Source: Bacillota bacterium
Lineage (GTDB): Bacteria > Bacillota > Clostridia > Tissierellales > MES13
Reading direction: 5' to 3'
NCBI GenBank assembly: GCA_009711785.1
Contig: VENA01000016.1
Span: 217,647-281,646, forward strand
DNA length: 64,000 bases
Part shown: in pieces, positions 38,361-49,874 of the stretch
How positions within the stretch are numbered: position 1 is the first letter of the stretch
Layout: each line of letters opens with the position of its first letter
Position numbers and translations under genes: made by a program
Notes under the pieces: generated by a model
Seen by the model: only the letters and a program-made list of their open reading frames with translations
Told to the model about the DNA's origin: nothing
Databases searched by the model: none

Positions 38361-40118
38361 CTATAATACTTTAGTTTCTCCTTTATATACTAATCCTCTT
38401 ATACTATCTACAGTAACTACAGTTCCATCCCTTAACTCACTAGTAGCTCTTTCTGTTCCAACGATTGTTGGCTTTCCAAGTGTTAGTCCAACTACTGCTG
38501 CGTGGGATGTTAATCCTCCCTTTTCTGTTATAATAGCTGAAGATTTTTCCATGTATTTAACCATTTCTTTATCCGTTCCTACACTTACTAAAATATCTCC
38601 CTCTCTAAACTTTGCTTTTGCTTCTTCACTGTTATTAACCACACATACTCTTCCTGTAGCAGAGGCATTACCAATTCCTGTACCTTTAATTAAAACATCT
38701 CCTACAATATGAACTTTAATTAAGTTAGTACTTCCTGCTACTCCTACAGGTACCCCTGCAGTAACAACTACTAAGTCTCCATCTTTAATTAAACCTTTTT
38801 TAAGCGAACCATCAACTGCCACTTCTATTATCTCATCAGTAGAATTTGTTTCTTCTGCTAGGATAGGATAAACTCCCCATACTAAAGCTAATTTTCTCAT
38901 AACCATTTCACTGGTAGTAGAAGCAATAATAGGAGCCTCTGGTCTAAATTTAGAAACAGCCCTTGCTGTATATCCAGATGATGTTGCTGTTATGATTGCC
39001 GTTGCTTCTAAATCCTGTGCCGTGTTACAAGTTGCATGACTTATCGCATTAGTAACAGTTACATCTGATTTTCTAGTTTTAGTTTTTAATAAATGATCAT
39101 AGTCTAGAGAAGATTCAGTCCTATTTGCTATATTTGACATTGTTATAACTGCTTCAACAGGATATTTACCTGCTGCTGTCTCTCCAGAAAGCATTATTGC
39201 ATCAGTTCCATCTAATATAGCATTAGCTACATCAGTTACCTCTGCTCTAGTAGGTCTAGGATTTCTTATCATTGAATCTAACATTTGAGTTGCTGTTATA
39301 ACTGGCTTTCCTGCTGTGTTACATTTTCTTATTATCCTCTTTTGCACCATAGGTACTTCTTCTGCAGGAATCTCAACTCCTAAATCTCCCCTAGCTACCA
39401 TAATTCCATCTGATACTTCGATTATTTCGTCTAAATTTTCTACACCCTCTTGATTTTCTATCTTAGGAATAATATCTACATATCCTGCATCATTTTCTTC
39501 TAATACTTTTCTTATAGCTATTACATCAGCTGCTTTTCTTATAAAGGATGCTGCTATATAATCTATGTTATTTTCAATACCAAATTTAATATCAGATTTA
39601 TCCTTATCTGTTAGTGCTGGTAGATTTACCTTTACTCCAGGTACATTAACTCCCTTTTTATTTTTAACTGTTCCAGCATTTTTTACTATACATTTTATAT
39701 CTGTATCATTTAATACCTCTAAAACTTCTAACTCTATCAAACCATCATCGATTAAAATAATATCATTCTTTACAACATCATTTGCCAATCCTTTGTATGT
39801 AATAGGACATAAATTATCATTTCCTAATACATCCTTAGAAGTTACTATAAACTCTTGACCTTCTTTTAGCTCTACAAAGCCATTTTCAAAATTTCCTGTT
39901 CTTATTTCTGGACCTTTAGTATCTAACATTATCGCTACTGGAGAATCTAGTTCTTTTCTTACCCTTTTTACAAGATCAATTCTTTTTCTGTGTTCATCAT
40001 GATTACCATGGGAAAAATTCATCCTAGCCACATTAAGTCCATTTTTTATTAAATCTTTTACTATATTTTCTTCTTCACTAGCTGGACCTAATGTACATAC
40101 AATTTTTGTTCTTTTCAT
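38361..40118 (-). CDS. pyk: Pyruvate kinase with C-terminal PEP-utilising (mobile His) domain
   Basis: MKRTKIVCTLGPAS, MVARGDLGVEIP, and a C-terminal GGLTSHAAVVG motif. The start is ATG 40118 (track start GTG 40130). Confidence 0.95.
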   Translation of the reverse strand: MKRTKIVCTLGPASEEENIVKDLIKNGLNVARMNFSHGNHDEHRKRIDLVKRVRKELDSPVAIMLDTKGPEIRTGNFENGFVELKEGQEFIVTSKDVLGNDNLCPITYKGLANDVVKNDIILIDDGLIELEVLEVLNDTDIKCIVKNAGTVKNKKGVNVPGVKVNLPALTDKDKSDIKFGIENNIDYIAASFIRKAADVIAIRKVLEENDAGYVDIIPKIENQEGVENLDEIIEVSDGIMVARGDLGVEIPAEEVPMVQKRIIRKCNTAGKPVITATQMLDSMIRNPRPTRAEVTDVANAILDGTDAIMLSGETAAGKYPVEAVITMSNIANRTESSLDYDHLLKTKTRKSDVTVTNAISHATCNTAQDLEATAIITATSSGYTARAVSKFRPEAPIIASTTSEMVMRKLALVWGVYPILAEETNSTDEIIEVAVDGSLKKGLIKDGDLVVVTAGVPVGVAGSTNLIKVHIVGDVLIKGTGIGNASATGRVCVVNNSEEAKAKFREGDILVSVGTDKEMVKYMEKSSAIITEKGGLTSHAAVVGLTLGKPTIVGTERATSELRDGTVVTVDSIRGLVYKGETKVL

Positions 40119-40132
40119 ATAAACCTTCACTC

Positions 40133-41092
40133 CTATATAGAAAGTATTTTTGTTAAATCATACATATCTTTATCAAACTTTTTCTCTATTGATAAAGCTT
40201 TGTTAATATCCATTGCAAATAATTCATCACCTTTAGTACCTATAACTTTACCTGATTCTCCCTTTATTAACAACTCTACTGCTCTTTTACCCATTTTACT
40301 AGCTATTATTCTATCTGTAGCTGTGGGGCTTCCTCCCCTTTGAACATGTCCTAATATGGTTACTCTAGTTACTATTCCAGTTTTTTCTTGTATCTCTTTC
40401 CCTAATTCATAAGCATTTCCGACACCTTCAGCAAGCATTATAATACTATGAAGTTTACCTCTATTTCTACCCTTTATTAACTTTTTACATACAGCATCAA
40501 CATCTAAACCTTCTTCTGGTAGAATAACACTTTCTGCACCACCTGCTAATCCAGCGTATAAAGCAATATCTCCACATTCTCTTCCCATTGATTCAATAAT
40601 ATTTGCTCTTCCATGGGAAGTTGAAGTATCCCTTATTTTACTTATTGAATCTAAAACTGTATTAACAGCAGTATCGAAACCTATGGTCCTATCGGTGTAA
40701 CCTAAATCATTATCTATAGTGCCTGGTATGCCTATAGTTTTTATACCAGCCTTACTTAGCTTCTGAGCACCTTTAAATGAACCATCTCCACCAATTACAA
40801 CTAATCCTTCTATGTTAAATACCTTTAAAACATTTAAAGCTTTTTTAAGTCCTTCATCTGTTTTAAACTCTTCACTTCTAGCTGTTCTTAACTTAGTACC
40901 TCCTCTATGTATAATATCTGCAACAGAGGATAAATTCATTTCTTGAATATTTCCACTTATTAGTCCATTATATCCTTTATTTACTCCCATTACTTTTAAA
41001 TTGTTGTAAATCCCTGCTCTTACTACAGCCCTTATTGCTGCATTCATTCCTGGTGCATCTCCTCCACTTGTTAAAACTCCAATTGTTTTCAT
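40133..41092 (-). CDS. pfkA: ATP-dependent 6-phosphofructokinase
   Basis: 319 aa. [26 protein letters not shown] and [10 protein letters not shown] (ATP-type diagnostic Gly residues). Confidence 0.95.
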   Translation of the reverse strand: MKTIGVLTSGGDAPGMNAAIRAVVRAGIYNNLKVMGVNKGYNGLISGNIQEMNLSSVADIIHRGGTKLRTARSEEFKTDEGLKKALNVLKVFNIEGLVVIGGDGSFKGAQKLSKAGIKTIGIPGTIDNDLGYTDRTIGFDTAVNTVLDSISKIRDTSTSHGRANIIESMGRECGDIALYAGLAGGAESVILPEEGLDVDAVCKKLIKGRNRGKLHSIIMLAEGVGNAYELGKEIQEKTGIVTRVTILGHVQRGGSPTATDRIIASKMGKRAVELLIKGESGKVIGTKGDELFAMDINKALSIEKKFDKDMYDLTKILSI

Positions 41093-41416
41093 TGTTTCCT
41101 CCTCCTTACTTCTTATCCATCATGGACAATATGTGTCCCATGTTATACAAAAAATATTTTTTCTATTATATATTTTAAACTAAATGGCCTAAATATAGTA
41201 TTAATTTTTATATTTCCTGCACATCAAATTCTGGTTATATTATATGATTATTGGTTATTTTTCCATATATTATATTTAAAATTTAAGGTTTTCAATTTTT
41301 CCGTTACTTAAACTAAAATTTCTTATATTTTTTTAAAAAATCATTCACAAACATGTTACTATACTCATATTATAACATATATAAAAAAAAATCCAGTTTT
41401 AATTAGGAGGATTTTT

Positions 41417-41842
41417 ATGAAATATGTTATTGAACTATTAAATGATAGGTCTATCACCCTTGAAAAAATAGCATACTTAGTTAAAGAAATAAAAAATGAT
41501 GATAAAAATATTAACTTTTACATAGATTCTATTTCAAACATTTTATCTATTAAATCCATTCAGGATTTAATTACACTAGGTGTGATAATAGATATATATA
41601 CTGAAAATAAATTACTACCTAAAGAACTACTTACACTTTTAAATAACGATTCACTCTTTGAACTTGATAAGTTGATTTCTCTAAGTGTATTAAATGAATT
41701 TGGAGCTGAAGCTATTATTAACTACTCAATAATATCTAAATCAGACACTTTAAAAGAAATTCTAGATAACAAAAAGATTAATAAATTCCTTGATGATATT
41801 ATATGTGTAATAGCATCAGCTGCCTCAATTGATTTAGTTTAA
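41417..41842 (+). CDS. Hypothetical protein (141 aa)
   Basis: A GGAGG SD sequence lies upstream. I recognise no family. Its 3' end overlaps the convergent dnaE stop region by 9 nt. Confidence 0.4.
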   Translation: MKYVIELLNDRSITLEKIAYLVKEIKNDDKNINFYIDSISNILSIKSIQDLITLGVIIDIYTENKLLPKELLTLLNNDSLFELDKLISLSVLNEFGAEAIINYSIISKSDTLKEILDNKKINKFLDDIICVIASAASIDLV

Positions 41843-44800
41843 TTTAACATTTTCTGGTCCTAATAATTTTTTTAATTCTTTTAATCCCTTACTATTTTCT
41901 ATATTTACCCAAAAATTTCTTTCAGCAACTATTTTTTTATTATTTTTTTCAATATAAACATATACAGGAGTATCCCCTTTATATTTAGATAGTATTTTTT
42001 TAATACTACTTAATAAGTCTAAAGACTTATCCTTAGATATTTTAAGGTAAAGTCTTTCTTTTTTTATTTGTGTTAAGGGAACTATACTTTCACATATTAT
42101 TTTATTATCATCTTCCTCGTTTATACTTAATCTTCCCTTTATAAGAACTATCTTATCTTCTTCTATATGTCTATTATATTTATCATATGTTTTAGGAAAA
42201 ACTATTAATTCTATTACTCCATATAAATCTTCTAAAGTGACAAAGGCCATCATATTATTATTCTTTGTTATCTTATTTTTCTTACTTATTATAATACCAC
42301 CAAGATTAACTTTGCTTCCATCTTTAATCTTTAGATTATTATTATTAATACTTTCTTCTATCTGGTGTATTTCACTTGTATTTAACGTAGAAACCTCTGT
42401 TAACCTATCTTCATAGGAAGAAAGTGGATGTCCACTTATATAAACTCCTAACATTTCCTTTTCCATTGATAAAAGGGTTCTTTCATCAAATTCTTTTATA
42501 TCAGGAAGATTATCTTCCTTAATATCTTTTCCTTCTTCCTTTGCTAAAGTATCAAATATATTAAATTGCCCTTTAATATTTCTTTTTTTATCCTGCTGCA
42601 CTCCATCTAATACCCTTTCATATATCGCTAATAGTTGAGCTCTATTTCCTTTAACTGAATCAAAGGCACCACATTTTATTAAACTCTCCATTGCCCTTTT
42701 ATTTAAAGCTTTTGTTTCAACTCTTTCACAGAAATCTGTTAAACTTATAAATTTTCCTCCACTTTTTCTTGCTCTAACCATAGCCTCTATAGCTGATAAT
42801 CCTACGTTTTTTACTGCAGCTAGTCCATACCTTATTTTTCCTTCTGAAACAGTAAATTTTGCATAACTTTCATTTACATCTGGAGGTAAAACTTCTATAT
42901 CTAGTCTTTTACATTCCTGAATATAAAGTGAAACTGAATTAGTATTACCCATTATACTTGTAATTAAAGCTGCCATAAATTCTACTGGGTAATAATATTT
43001 AAGCCACGCAGTTTCATATGCTAATACTGCATATGCAGCAGAATGGGATTTATTAAAAGCATACTTAGCAAAATCTATCATTTCATCATATATAATATTT
43101 GCTGTTTTTTCATCTATTCCATTGTTTATAGCACCTGTTATTTCTAAATTTCCAGTCCCATCCTTTTTTCCATAAATAAAATGTTTTCTTTCCTGTTCCA
43201 TTACATCCATTTTTTTCTTTCCCATAGCTCTTCTAACTAAATCTGACCTTCCCATGGAATATCCACCGATATCTCTAACAATTTGCATAACCTGTTCTTG
43301 ATAAACCATACAACCATAAGTTACATTTAATATAGGTTCTAATTTATCATGGGTATATTCTATTTTTTTTGGGTTATTTTTATTTTCAATATATCTTGGT
43401 ATTTGTCTCATAGGCCCTGGTCTATAAAGTGAATTTGCTGCTATTATATTTTCAAACTCAGTAGGTTTTAATTCCTTTAGAAATTGTCTCATACCAGCAC
43501 TTTCAAATTGGAAAACCCCAAGTGTTTCTCCTTTACTAAACATTTCATATACTAACTTATCATCATAATTTGAATTATTAAAATTAATTTCTTTATTATG
43601 ATTATATTTTATTAAATCCTTTGCATCCCTTATTACTGTAAGATTTCTAAGCCCTAAAAAATCCATTTTTAAAAGACCTAACTCTTCTAACTCAGTCATT
43701 GTAAATTGAGTTAATATAGCATCACTATTTCTTCCTAATGGCACATATTCTGTCACAGGTAATTTAGAAATAACAACACCTGCAGCATGGGTAGAAGTGT
43801 GTCTAGGTAACCCTTCTACAGCTATAGCTGTATCTATAAGTTCTTTTACTTTCTCATCTTCATCATAAGCTTGTTTGAATTTATTGTTTACTTCTAAAGC
43901 CTTTTTTATTGTCATTCCTAATTCCATAGGGATTTGTTTAGCAATAAAATCAACTTCTCCATAGGAAAGGTTTAATGCTCTACCTACATCCCTTATAGCA
44001 CCCCTTGCAGCCATTGTACCAAAGGTTACTATTTGTGCTACCTTCTCCTCACCATATTTTCTTACAACATAATCAATTACTTCTTCTCTTCTTTCATAAC
44101 AAAAGTCAATATCTATATCAGGCATTGTTACCCTTTCAGGGTTTAGAAACCTTTCAAATATAAGATTATATTTTATAGGATCTATATCAATAATTCCTAA
44201 AGTGTAGGATACTAAACTTCCTGCTGCTGATCCTCTTCCTGGACCAACCATAATATTATTATCCTTTGCATATTTAATAAAATCCCATACAATTAAGAAA
44301 TAATCAACATACCCCATACTAATAATTACATTTAATTCATATTCTAATCTATCTTTAATTTCATTAGTTATGTTATCATATCTTTCCTTTAAACCATTTA
44401 AACATAATTCTTTTAAATACTCTACATTAGTATAACCCTCTGGCAGATCAAATTCTGGTAAGTGTAAAGTATCAAAATCTAATTTTACATCACATCTTTC
44501 AGCAATCTTATTAGTATTTTCTAATGCTTTTTTCATATTAGGGAATAATTCTTTCATCTCTTTAGGAGATTTTAGATAAAACTCCGAAGTAGGGAATTTC
44601 ATCCTATCTTCTTCAGCAACTGTTTTTCCTGTTTGTATACATAATAAAACATCATGTACTTTCGCATCTTCTCTATTTGTATAGTGAACATCATTAGTTA
44701 TAACCAATGGTATATCAGTTTCATTACTTAATTTAATTAACTCTTGATTTACTATCTTTTGTTCTTTAATTCCATGGTCTTGTAATTCTAAATAAAAATT

Positions 44801-45307
44801 ATCTCTACCAAAATGATTTTTATATTTTAATGCTACTTCTTTAGCCTTTTTATAATTATTATTTAATAGATGTTGTTGTACTTCTCCTGCTAGACATGCA
44901 CCTAAAACTATTAAACCCTCACTATACTTTTTAAGTACACTAAAATCCACTCTAGGTTTATAATAAAACCCATTTACAAAACCTTCAGAAACTATCTTCA
45001 TTAAGTTTTTATATCCTTCATTATTTTCAGCAAGTAAAACTAAGTGATACTGATTTTTATCCCTAGTCGGATCTTTTTCAGTATATTTTCCCTTAGATAT
45101 ATAAACTTCACACCCTAGTATAGGTTTAATTCCCTTACTTTTAGCTTGTTTATAAAAATCAACTACTCCATACATAACTCCATGGTCAGTAATAGCTAAA
45201 CTTTTCATACCTAATTCTTTAGCTCTATCTAATGTATTACTAACCCTTGAAGCCCCGTCTAATAGACTATACTCTGTATGGACATGAAGATGTGTAAAAT
45301 CAACCAT
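41834..45307 (-). CDS. dnaE: DNA polymerase III subunit alpha (DnaE type)
   Basis: 1157 aa. N-terminal PHP domain (HLHVHTEYSLLDG) and polymerase core motifs (PDIDIDF). Confidence 0.95.
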   Translation of the reverse strand: MVDFTHLHVHTEYSLLDGASRVSNTLDRAKELGMKSLAITDHGVMYGVVDFYKQAKSKGIKPILGCEVYISKGKYTEKDPTRDKNQYHLVLLAENNEGYKNLMKIVSEGFVNGFYYKPRVDFSVLKKYSEGLIVLGACLAGEVQQHLLNNNYKKAKEVALKYKNHFGRDNFYLELQDHGIKEQKIVNQELIKLSNETDIPLVITNDVHYTNREDAKVHDVLLCIQTGKTVAEEDRMKFPTSEFYLKSPKEMKELFPNMKKALENTNKIAERCDVKLDFDTLHLPEFDLPEGYTNVEYLKELCLNGLKERYDNITNEIKDRLEYELNVIISMGYVDYFLIVWDFIKYAKDNNIMVGPGRGSAAGSLVSYTLGIIDIDPIKYNLIFERFLNPERVTMPDIDIDFCYERREEVIDYVVRKYGEEKVAQIVTFGTMAARGAIRDVGRALNLSYGEVDFIAKQIPMELGMTIKKALEVNNKFKQAYDEDEKVKELIDTAIAVEGLPRHTSTHAAGVVISKLPVTEYVPLGRNSDAILTQFTMTELEELGLLKMDFLGLRNLTVIRDAKDLIKYNHNKEINFNNSNYDDKLVYEMFSKGETLGVFQFESAGMRQFLKELKPTEFENIIAANSLYRPGPMRQIPRYIENKNNPKKIEYTHDKLEPILNVTYGCMVYQEQVMQIVRDIGGYSMGRSDLVRRAMGKKKMDVMEQERKHFIYGKKDGTGNLEITGAINNGIDEKTANIIYDEMIDFAKYAFNKSHSAAYAVLAYETAWLKYYYPVEFMAALITSIMGNTNSVSLYIQECKRLDIEVLPPDVNESYAKFTVSEGKIRYGLAAVKNVGLSAIEAMVRARKSGGKFISLTDFCERVETKALNKRAMESLIKCGAFDSVKGNRAQLLAIYERVLDGVQQDKKRNIKGQFNIFDTLAKEEGKDIKEDNLPDIKEFDERTLLSMEKEMLGVYISGHPLSSYEDRLTEVSTLNTSEIHQIEESINNNNLKIKDGSKVNLGGIIISKKNKITKNNNMMAFVTLEDLYGVIELIVFPKTYDKYNRHIEEDKIVLIKGRLSINEEDDNKIICESIVPLTQIKKERLYLKISKDKSLDLLSSIKKILSKYKGDTPVYVYIEKNNKKIVAERNFWVNIENSKGLKELKKLLGPENVKLN

Positions 45308-45380
45308 AATAATCCACCCTCTAATTAACTTCTTTAGGTCTAAATTTTATCATTGAAACTTAAAATTATCAATATAAAAA

Positions 45381-45402
45381 AGAGCAGGAAATTTCCTACT
45401 CT
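45381..45402 (-). terminator. Intrinsic terminator overlapping the HPr-like gene stop codon
   Basis: Minus-strand AGAGUAGGA-AAUU-UCCUGCUCU forms a 9-bp stem (one U-G pair) followed by a U6 run. Confidence 0.6.
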
Positions 45403-45662
45403 TTTACTAATTTATTTTGAAGTAAATCAACTAAATCATTAACTGCTTTTTTCTCATCATCACCATTAGCACTAATAATTATTTCATCTCCATATGCAAC
45501 TCCTAAGGCCATTATACCCATTATACTTTTTGCATTTACTTTTTTATCTCCCTTTTCAACAAATATATCACTTAAAAATTTTCCTGCAGTCTGAACAAAT
45601 AAAGCAGCAGGTCTGGCATGAAGCCCAATTTTTGTTTTTACAGTTATTTTTTTTGACTCCAT
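45396..45662 (-). CDS. HPr-family phosphocarrier protein
   Basis: 88 aa. His-15 context GLHARPA and Ser-46 context NAKSIMGIM. It occupies the position that crh has in the yvcJ-yvcK-whiA operon. Confidence 0.85.
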   Translation of the reverse strand: MESKKITVKTKIGLHARPAALFVQTAGKFLSDIFVEKGDKKVNAKSIMGIMALGVAYGDEIIISANGDDEKKAVNDLVDLLQNKLVKE

Positions 45663-46624
45663 TAAATTTCACCTCTCTCTCTTTTTAGGTCTTCTGCTAT
45701 TTTTTCTAATTTTCTAAGCCTATGATTCACTCCAGATTTACCAACAGGTGGATCTAACTTTTCACCTAATTCCTTTAAACTAGAGTCCTTATTTAAAACT
45801 CTTACATTAGCAATTTCTTGAAGATTATCAGGCAATTCTTCTAATCCCATTACTTCATCAATATATTTAATATTTCTTATCTGCCTAATAGCTGCATTTA
45901 TTGTTTTACTTAAATTTGCTGTTTCACAATTAACTATTCTGTTTATATTATTTCTTACTTCCTTTAATACTCTAATGTTTTCTAACTTTAATAATGCAGA
46001 GTGTGCACCTATTATATTAAGAAGGTCAACTATTTGTTCTCCCTCTTTTATATATACAATAAACTTATCCTTTCTCTCTACTATTTTAGAAGTCAAATCA
46101 AAGGAATTTATTATATCCCTTAAATTCTCTCCATGTTCTAAAGTATGAGTAACAAATTCTAAGTGATATGTTTTTTCTGGATCACTTAAAGAACCTCCTC
46201 CAAGGAATGCACCTCTTATGTAAGACCTTTTACAGCATTTTGTTTTTATTACATCTGTTGGCACTTTATAATTTATTTCTAATGTACTTTTTCCTTCTTC
46301 AGTGAATATGCCAGTATCATTTAATATCTTTTCTGCATTTTTATGATCATCTACAATCATTAAATAATTATTATTCTTTTTTAATTGACGGTTCCTTCTT
46401 ACCATTACTTCAGTATGTGTGTTATACAATACTTTTAAAAGTGTAAAAATCCTTCTTGCTATTGCAGCGTTTTCAGTGGTAAATTTAACGCTAAACTTTC
46501 CTAATCCAGTAAACTGTATAGCACCACTCATCCTAACAAGTGCAGATAATTCAGCTGATGCACAGCAAAGGTTTTCAATTTTCATTCTTGATAATTCATT
46601 CTTTGTTTTTGACGAAAAAGACAT
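45662..46624 (-). CDS. whiA: DNA-binding sporulation/cell-division regulator WhiA
   Basis: 320 aa. MSFSSKTKNEL start, LAGLIDADG-like middle domain and a C-terminal HTH (GKSGVNHRLRKL). Confidence 0.9.
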   Translation of the reverse strand: MSFSSKTKNELSRMKIENLCCASAELSALVRMSGAIQFTGLGKFSVKFTTENAAIARRIFTLLKVLYNTHTEVMVRRNRQLKKNNNYLMIVDDHKNAEKILNDTGIFTEEGKSTLEINYKVPTDVIKTKCCKRSYIRGAFLGGGSLSDPEKTYHLEFVTHTLEHGENLRDIINSFDLTSKIVERKDKFIVYIKEGEQIVDLLNIIGAHSALLKLENIRVLKEVRNNINRIVNCETANLSKTINAAIRQIRNIKYIDEVMGLEELPDNLQEIANVRVLNKDSSLKELGEKLDPPVGKSGVNHRLRKLEKIAEDLKRERGEI

Positions 46625-46682
46625 TTCTTATCTACTCCTATATATATTTAAATTTAGTTTTAGCATAAAATGTCATAAATAT

Positions 46683-47099
46683 TTAAATCTCACATATTGC
46701 TTTATTTATTATGTTTCTTTCATCTTCATACCGGGCTACCTCACAAGCTCTATCAACATGTACAAATCTAGCGTCTATAAATCCTTCCTTTTTCTGAGGA
46801 ATACAATCCATACTCCTAGTTTGCATTAAAAACCAGTGAACAGTTTTATTTATTAGCTCTTGCCCTGTCTCTGTATTATTTCTAAAGGTATAATTAATTT
46901 CTCCTAAATACTTAATTATCTCACCCTTAACATTACTTTCTTCTAAAACTTCCCTAGTAGCAGCTTGTCTTATGTTTTCATTCTTTTCTACTCTACCTTT
47001 AGGTAAAACCCAATCACCGTTGTATTTTCTTAATAATAGGATAGCGTTTCCAAACACAACAACGCCACCAGAACTTACTTCTCTTTTCACACTACCCAC
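46683..47099 (-). CDS. NUDIX hydrolase
   Basis: 138 aa. Nudix box GRVEKNENIRQAATREVLEESN. Confidence 0.8.
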   Translation of the reverse strand: MGSVKREVSSGGVVVFGNAILLLRKYNGDWVLPKGRVEKNENIRQAATREVLEESNVKGEIIKYLGEINYTFRNNTETGQELINKTVHWFLMQTRSMDCIPQKKEGFIDARFVHVDRACEVARYEDERNIINKAICEI

Positions 47100-47283
47100 T
47101 CTCCTGTATTTTATTATACTAAAGAGTTAAAATATTCATACAAATAAGTTATCACAATATATTTAGAGTTTCAACTGTAAAAAATATATATTATTTATAT
47201 TATATCATAATATTATACCATATTTGCTTTTACTATTGTAATTTAAATGTCAAATAGTATAAAATTATAGTAGATTATTAAAA

Positions 47284-48333
47284 ATGGGGGGTTTTATTGT
47301 GAATATTAATATGAATTATGTAAATGATATTTTAGTAAAAATTTTAAAAACACCTAGTCCATCAGGAGACACAAAAGAAGTTATAAAGCTAGTAGAGGAT
47401 GAATTTAAAGCATTAAATATTCAAACAAAAGAAACTTTTAAAGGTGCATTAATTGCTACTATAAAGGGAAAAAATGATTTAAGAGAAAGAACTTTATCTG
47501 CCCATGTTGACACATTAGGGGCTATGGTTAAAGACATTAAAGATAATGGTAGATTAAAACTATCTCAAATAGGTGGATATGTTTGGAATTCCATCGAAGG
47601 AGAACACTGTGTAATTAAAACTTTAGATAATAAAAAATATACTGGAACTATTTTAACTAATAAAGCATCTTCCCATGTCCATGGAGAAAAAGCTTCTACA
47701 GTTGATAGAAAAAAAAGTACTATGGAAGTAAGAATTGACGAAAAAGTAAATTCAAAGGAAGATGTAATGAATTTAGGTATAAACGTTGGTGATTTTGTTA
47801 CCTTTGATCCAAGAACAACAGTAACTGAAAGTGGTTTTGTAAAATCTAGACATTTAGATGACAAGGCTGGAGTAGCTTCTATCCTTGGTATTGCAAAATA
47901 CATAAAGGAAAATAATATTATCCCAGAATATACAACTAATTTCTTTATAAGTAATTATGAAGAAGTTGGACATGGTTCATCGGCATCTATACCTAAAAAA
48001 ACCAGTGAATTTATAGCTATCGATATGGCTGCTCCCGGAGAAGGACAAACTTCTGATGAATTTAGTGTAACAATATGCGCTAAGGATTCAAGTGGTCCAT
48101 ACGATTTAGAACTAAGAAATAGACTTATAAAAATTGCTAAAGAAAACAAAATTGATTATCAAATCGATATATATCCTTACTATGGTTCTGATGCAAGTGC
48201 TGCTTTAAGAGCTGGTTGGGAATTTAAACATGGATTAATAGGTCCTGGAGTTGATGCTTCCCATGCCCATGAAAGGACGCATTTAAAAGCAATAGAAAAC
48301 ACTATAAAACTTGGTATAAAATATCTTATATAA
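47284..48333 (+). CDS. M42 family metallopeptidase (glutamyl aminopeptidase / 'endoglucanase'-annotated family)
   Basis: 349 aa. PSPSGDT, HVDTLG and HLDDKAGV motifs. The start is uncertain (ATG 47284, GTG 47299 or ATG 47311). Confidence 0.75.
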   Translation: MGGFIVNINMNYVNDILVKILKTPSPSGDTKEVIKLVEDEFKALNIQTKETFKGALIATIKGKNDLRERTLSAHVDTLGAMVKDIKDNGRLKLSQIGGYVWNSIEGEHCVIKTLDNKKYTGTILTNKASSHVHGEKASTVDRKKSTMEVRIDEKVNSKEDVMNLGINVGDFVTFDPRTTVTESGFVKSRHLDDKAGVASILGIAKYIKENNIIPEYTTNFFISNYEEVGHGSSASIPKKTSEFIAIDMAAPGEGQTSDEFSVTICAKDSSGPYDLELRNRLIKIAKENKIDYQIDIYPYYGSDASAALRAGWEFKHGLIGPGVDASHAHERTHLKAIENTIKLGIKYLI

Positions 48334-48336
48334 ACA

Positions 48337-48360
48337 AAGGCGACCTAAATAGGTCGCCTT
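48337..48360. terminator. Hairpin terminator between convergent genes
   Basis: AAGGCGACC-TAAATA-GGTCGCCTT, a 9-bp stem. The flanking U-tracts are weak in both directions. Confidence 0.6.
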
Positions 48361-48368
48361 GATTTTAT

Positions 48369-49748
48369 CTATTCAACTGGTTTTAATTTAGCTATGAAAT
48401 GTCTTAATACTTTTGGTTCATAAGTAAATTCATAACCCTTTAATTCATCTTTTCTCTCATTTATATTCTTTAATGCTTCTGCAACAACATCCATATGGTT
48501 ATTAGTATAAACCCTTCTAGGGATTGTTAATCTTAATAACTCTAAAGGTGATTCAAGTTGTTCATTAGTATCTGGGTCTCTTCCTAGTAGGAATGATCCT
48601 ATCTCAACCCCTCTAACTCCTGCTTCTTTATATAATTCAACACAAAGCGCTTGAGCTGGGAATTGGTGATAAGGAATGTGAGGTAACATTTTTTTAGCAT
48701 CAACAAATACAGCATGACCTCCCACAGGCTTTTGTATAGGTATTCCTGCTTCCTCTAATTTTTTACCTAAATATTCAACTTGACCTATTCTAGTTTGCAA
48801 ATAAGCTTCCTCTGTTGCTTCTCTAAGTCCTCTAGCTAATGCTTCCATATCCCTTCCAGATAAGCCACCATAAGTTGGGAAACCTTCTATAGGAATAACC
48901 ATTTGTCTAACACCTTTGTATAATTCTTCGTCATCCTTTATTGCAATCATTCCACCCATATTAACAATGCCATCTTTTTTAGCACTCATAGTAAGTCCTT
49001 CACCATAGCTAAACATTTCTTTTACAATTTCTTTTATTGACTTATTTTCATATCCTTTTTCTCTTCTTTTAATAAAGTATGCATTTTCTGCAAATCTTGC
49101 TGAGTCGAAAAACACTCTTATTCCGTACTTATCAGCTACTTCTTTAACTTTCTTTATATTTTCCATAGAAACAGGCTGACCACCAGCACTATTACAAGTT
49201 ACTGTAACAAGGATAAAAGCACAGTTTTCTACACCTTTTTCTTCTATAAAGTTAACAAGTTTATCTATATCAAAGTTTCCTTTGAAAGGATGTTCCTTTT
49301 GTGTATCATAAGCATCGTCCACTACTAAGTTTATAGCTCTTCCACCCTTTAATTCTATATGGGCTTTTGTAGTATCAAAATGCATATTACCTAAAACATA
49401 TTGCCCTTCTTCAATTAATAAAGGAAATAAAACGTTTTCAGCACCTCTACCTTGATGTGTTGGTACAAAATAATCATAACCTATAATATCTTTAACAGTA
49501 TCTTCAAGATTATAAAAGTTTCTACTTCCTGCATAGGATTCATCACCAACCATTAATCCTGCCCATTGGTTATCACTCATTGCACCAGTACCACTATCTG
49601 TTAATAGGTCAATAAAGATATCTTCTCCCTTTAATCCAAATTGATTATAGCCTACTTCTTTAATCCTTTTTTCTCTTTCTTCCTTAGGTATAAGTCTAAT
49701 ATTTTCAACCATCTTAATCTTATATGATTCTGCCATTTTATCGTACAT
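48369..49748 (-). CDS. Beta-eliminating lyase: tryptophanase / tyrosine phenol-lyase family
   Basis: 459 aa. [38 protein letters not shown] and the PLP-Lys region SAKKDG. Trp versus Tyr specificity cannot be called by eye. Confidence 0.85.
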   Translation of the reverse strand: MYDKMAESYKIKMVENIRLIPKEEREKRIKEVGYNQFGLKGEDIFIDLLTDSGTGAMSDNQWAGLMVGDESYAGSRNFYNLEDTVKDIIGYDYFVPTHQGRGAENVLFPLLIEEGQYVLGNMHFDTTKAHIELKGGRAINLVVDDAYDTQKEHPFKGNFDIDKLVNFIEEKGVENCAFILVTVTCNSAGGQPVSMENIKKVKEVADKYGIRVFFDSARFAENAYFIKRREKGYENKSIKEIVKEMFSYGEGLTMSAKKDGIVNMGGMIAIKDDEELYKGVRQMVIPIEGFPTYGGLSGRDMEALARGLREATEEAYLQTRIGQVEYLGKKLEEAGIPIQKPVGGHAVFVDAKKMLPHIPYHQFPAQALCVELYKEAGVRGVEIGSFLLGRDPDTNEQLESPLELLRLTIPRRVYTNNHMDVVAEALKNINERKDELKGYEFTYEPKVLRHFIAKLKPVE

Positions 49749-49874
49749 TAAAAAACCTCCTCTTATTGTATGACTAATTTTTTTTAAGCTTTAAAATTTT
49801 TTGCCTTTATATCTATATTCTATATAAATATTAATTATCCTTCATTTTTTTTATTTTATTAGTGGTAATTTTTA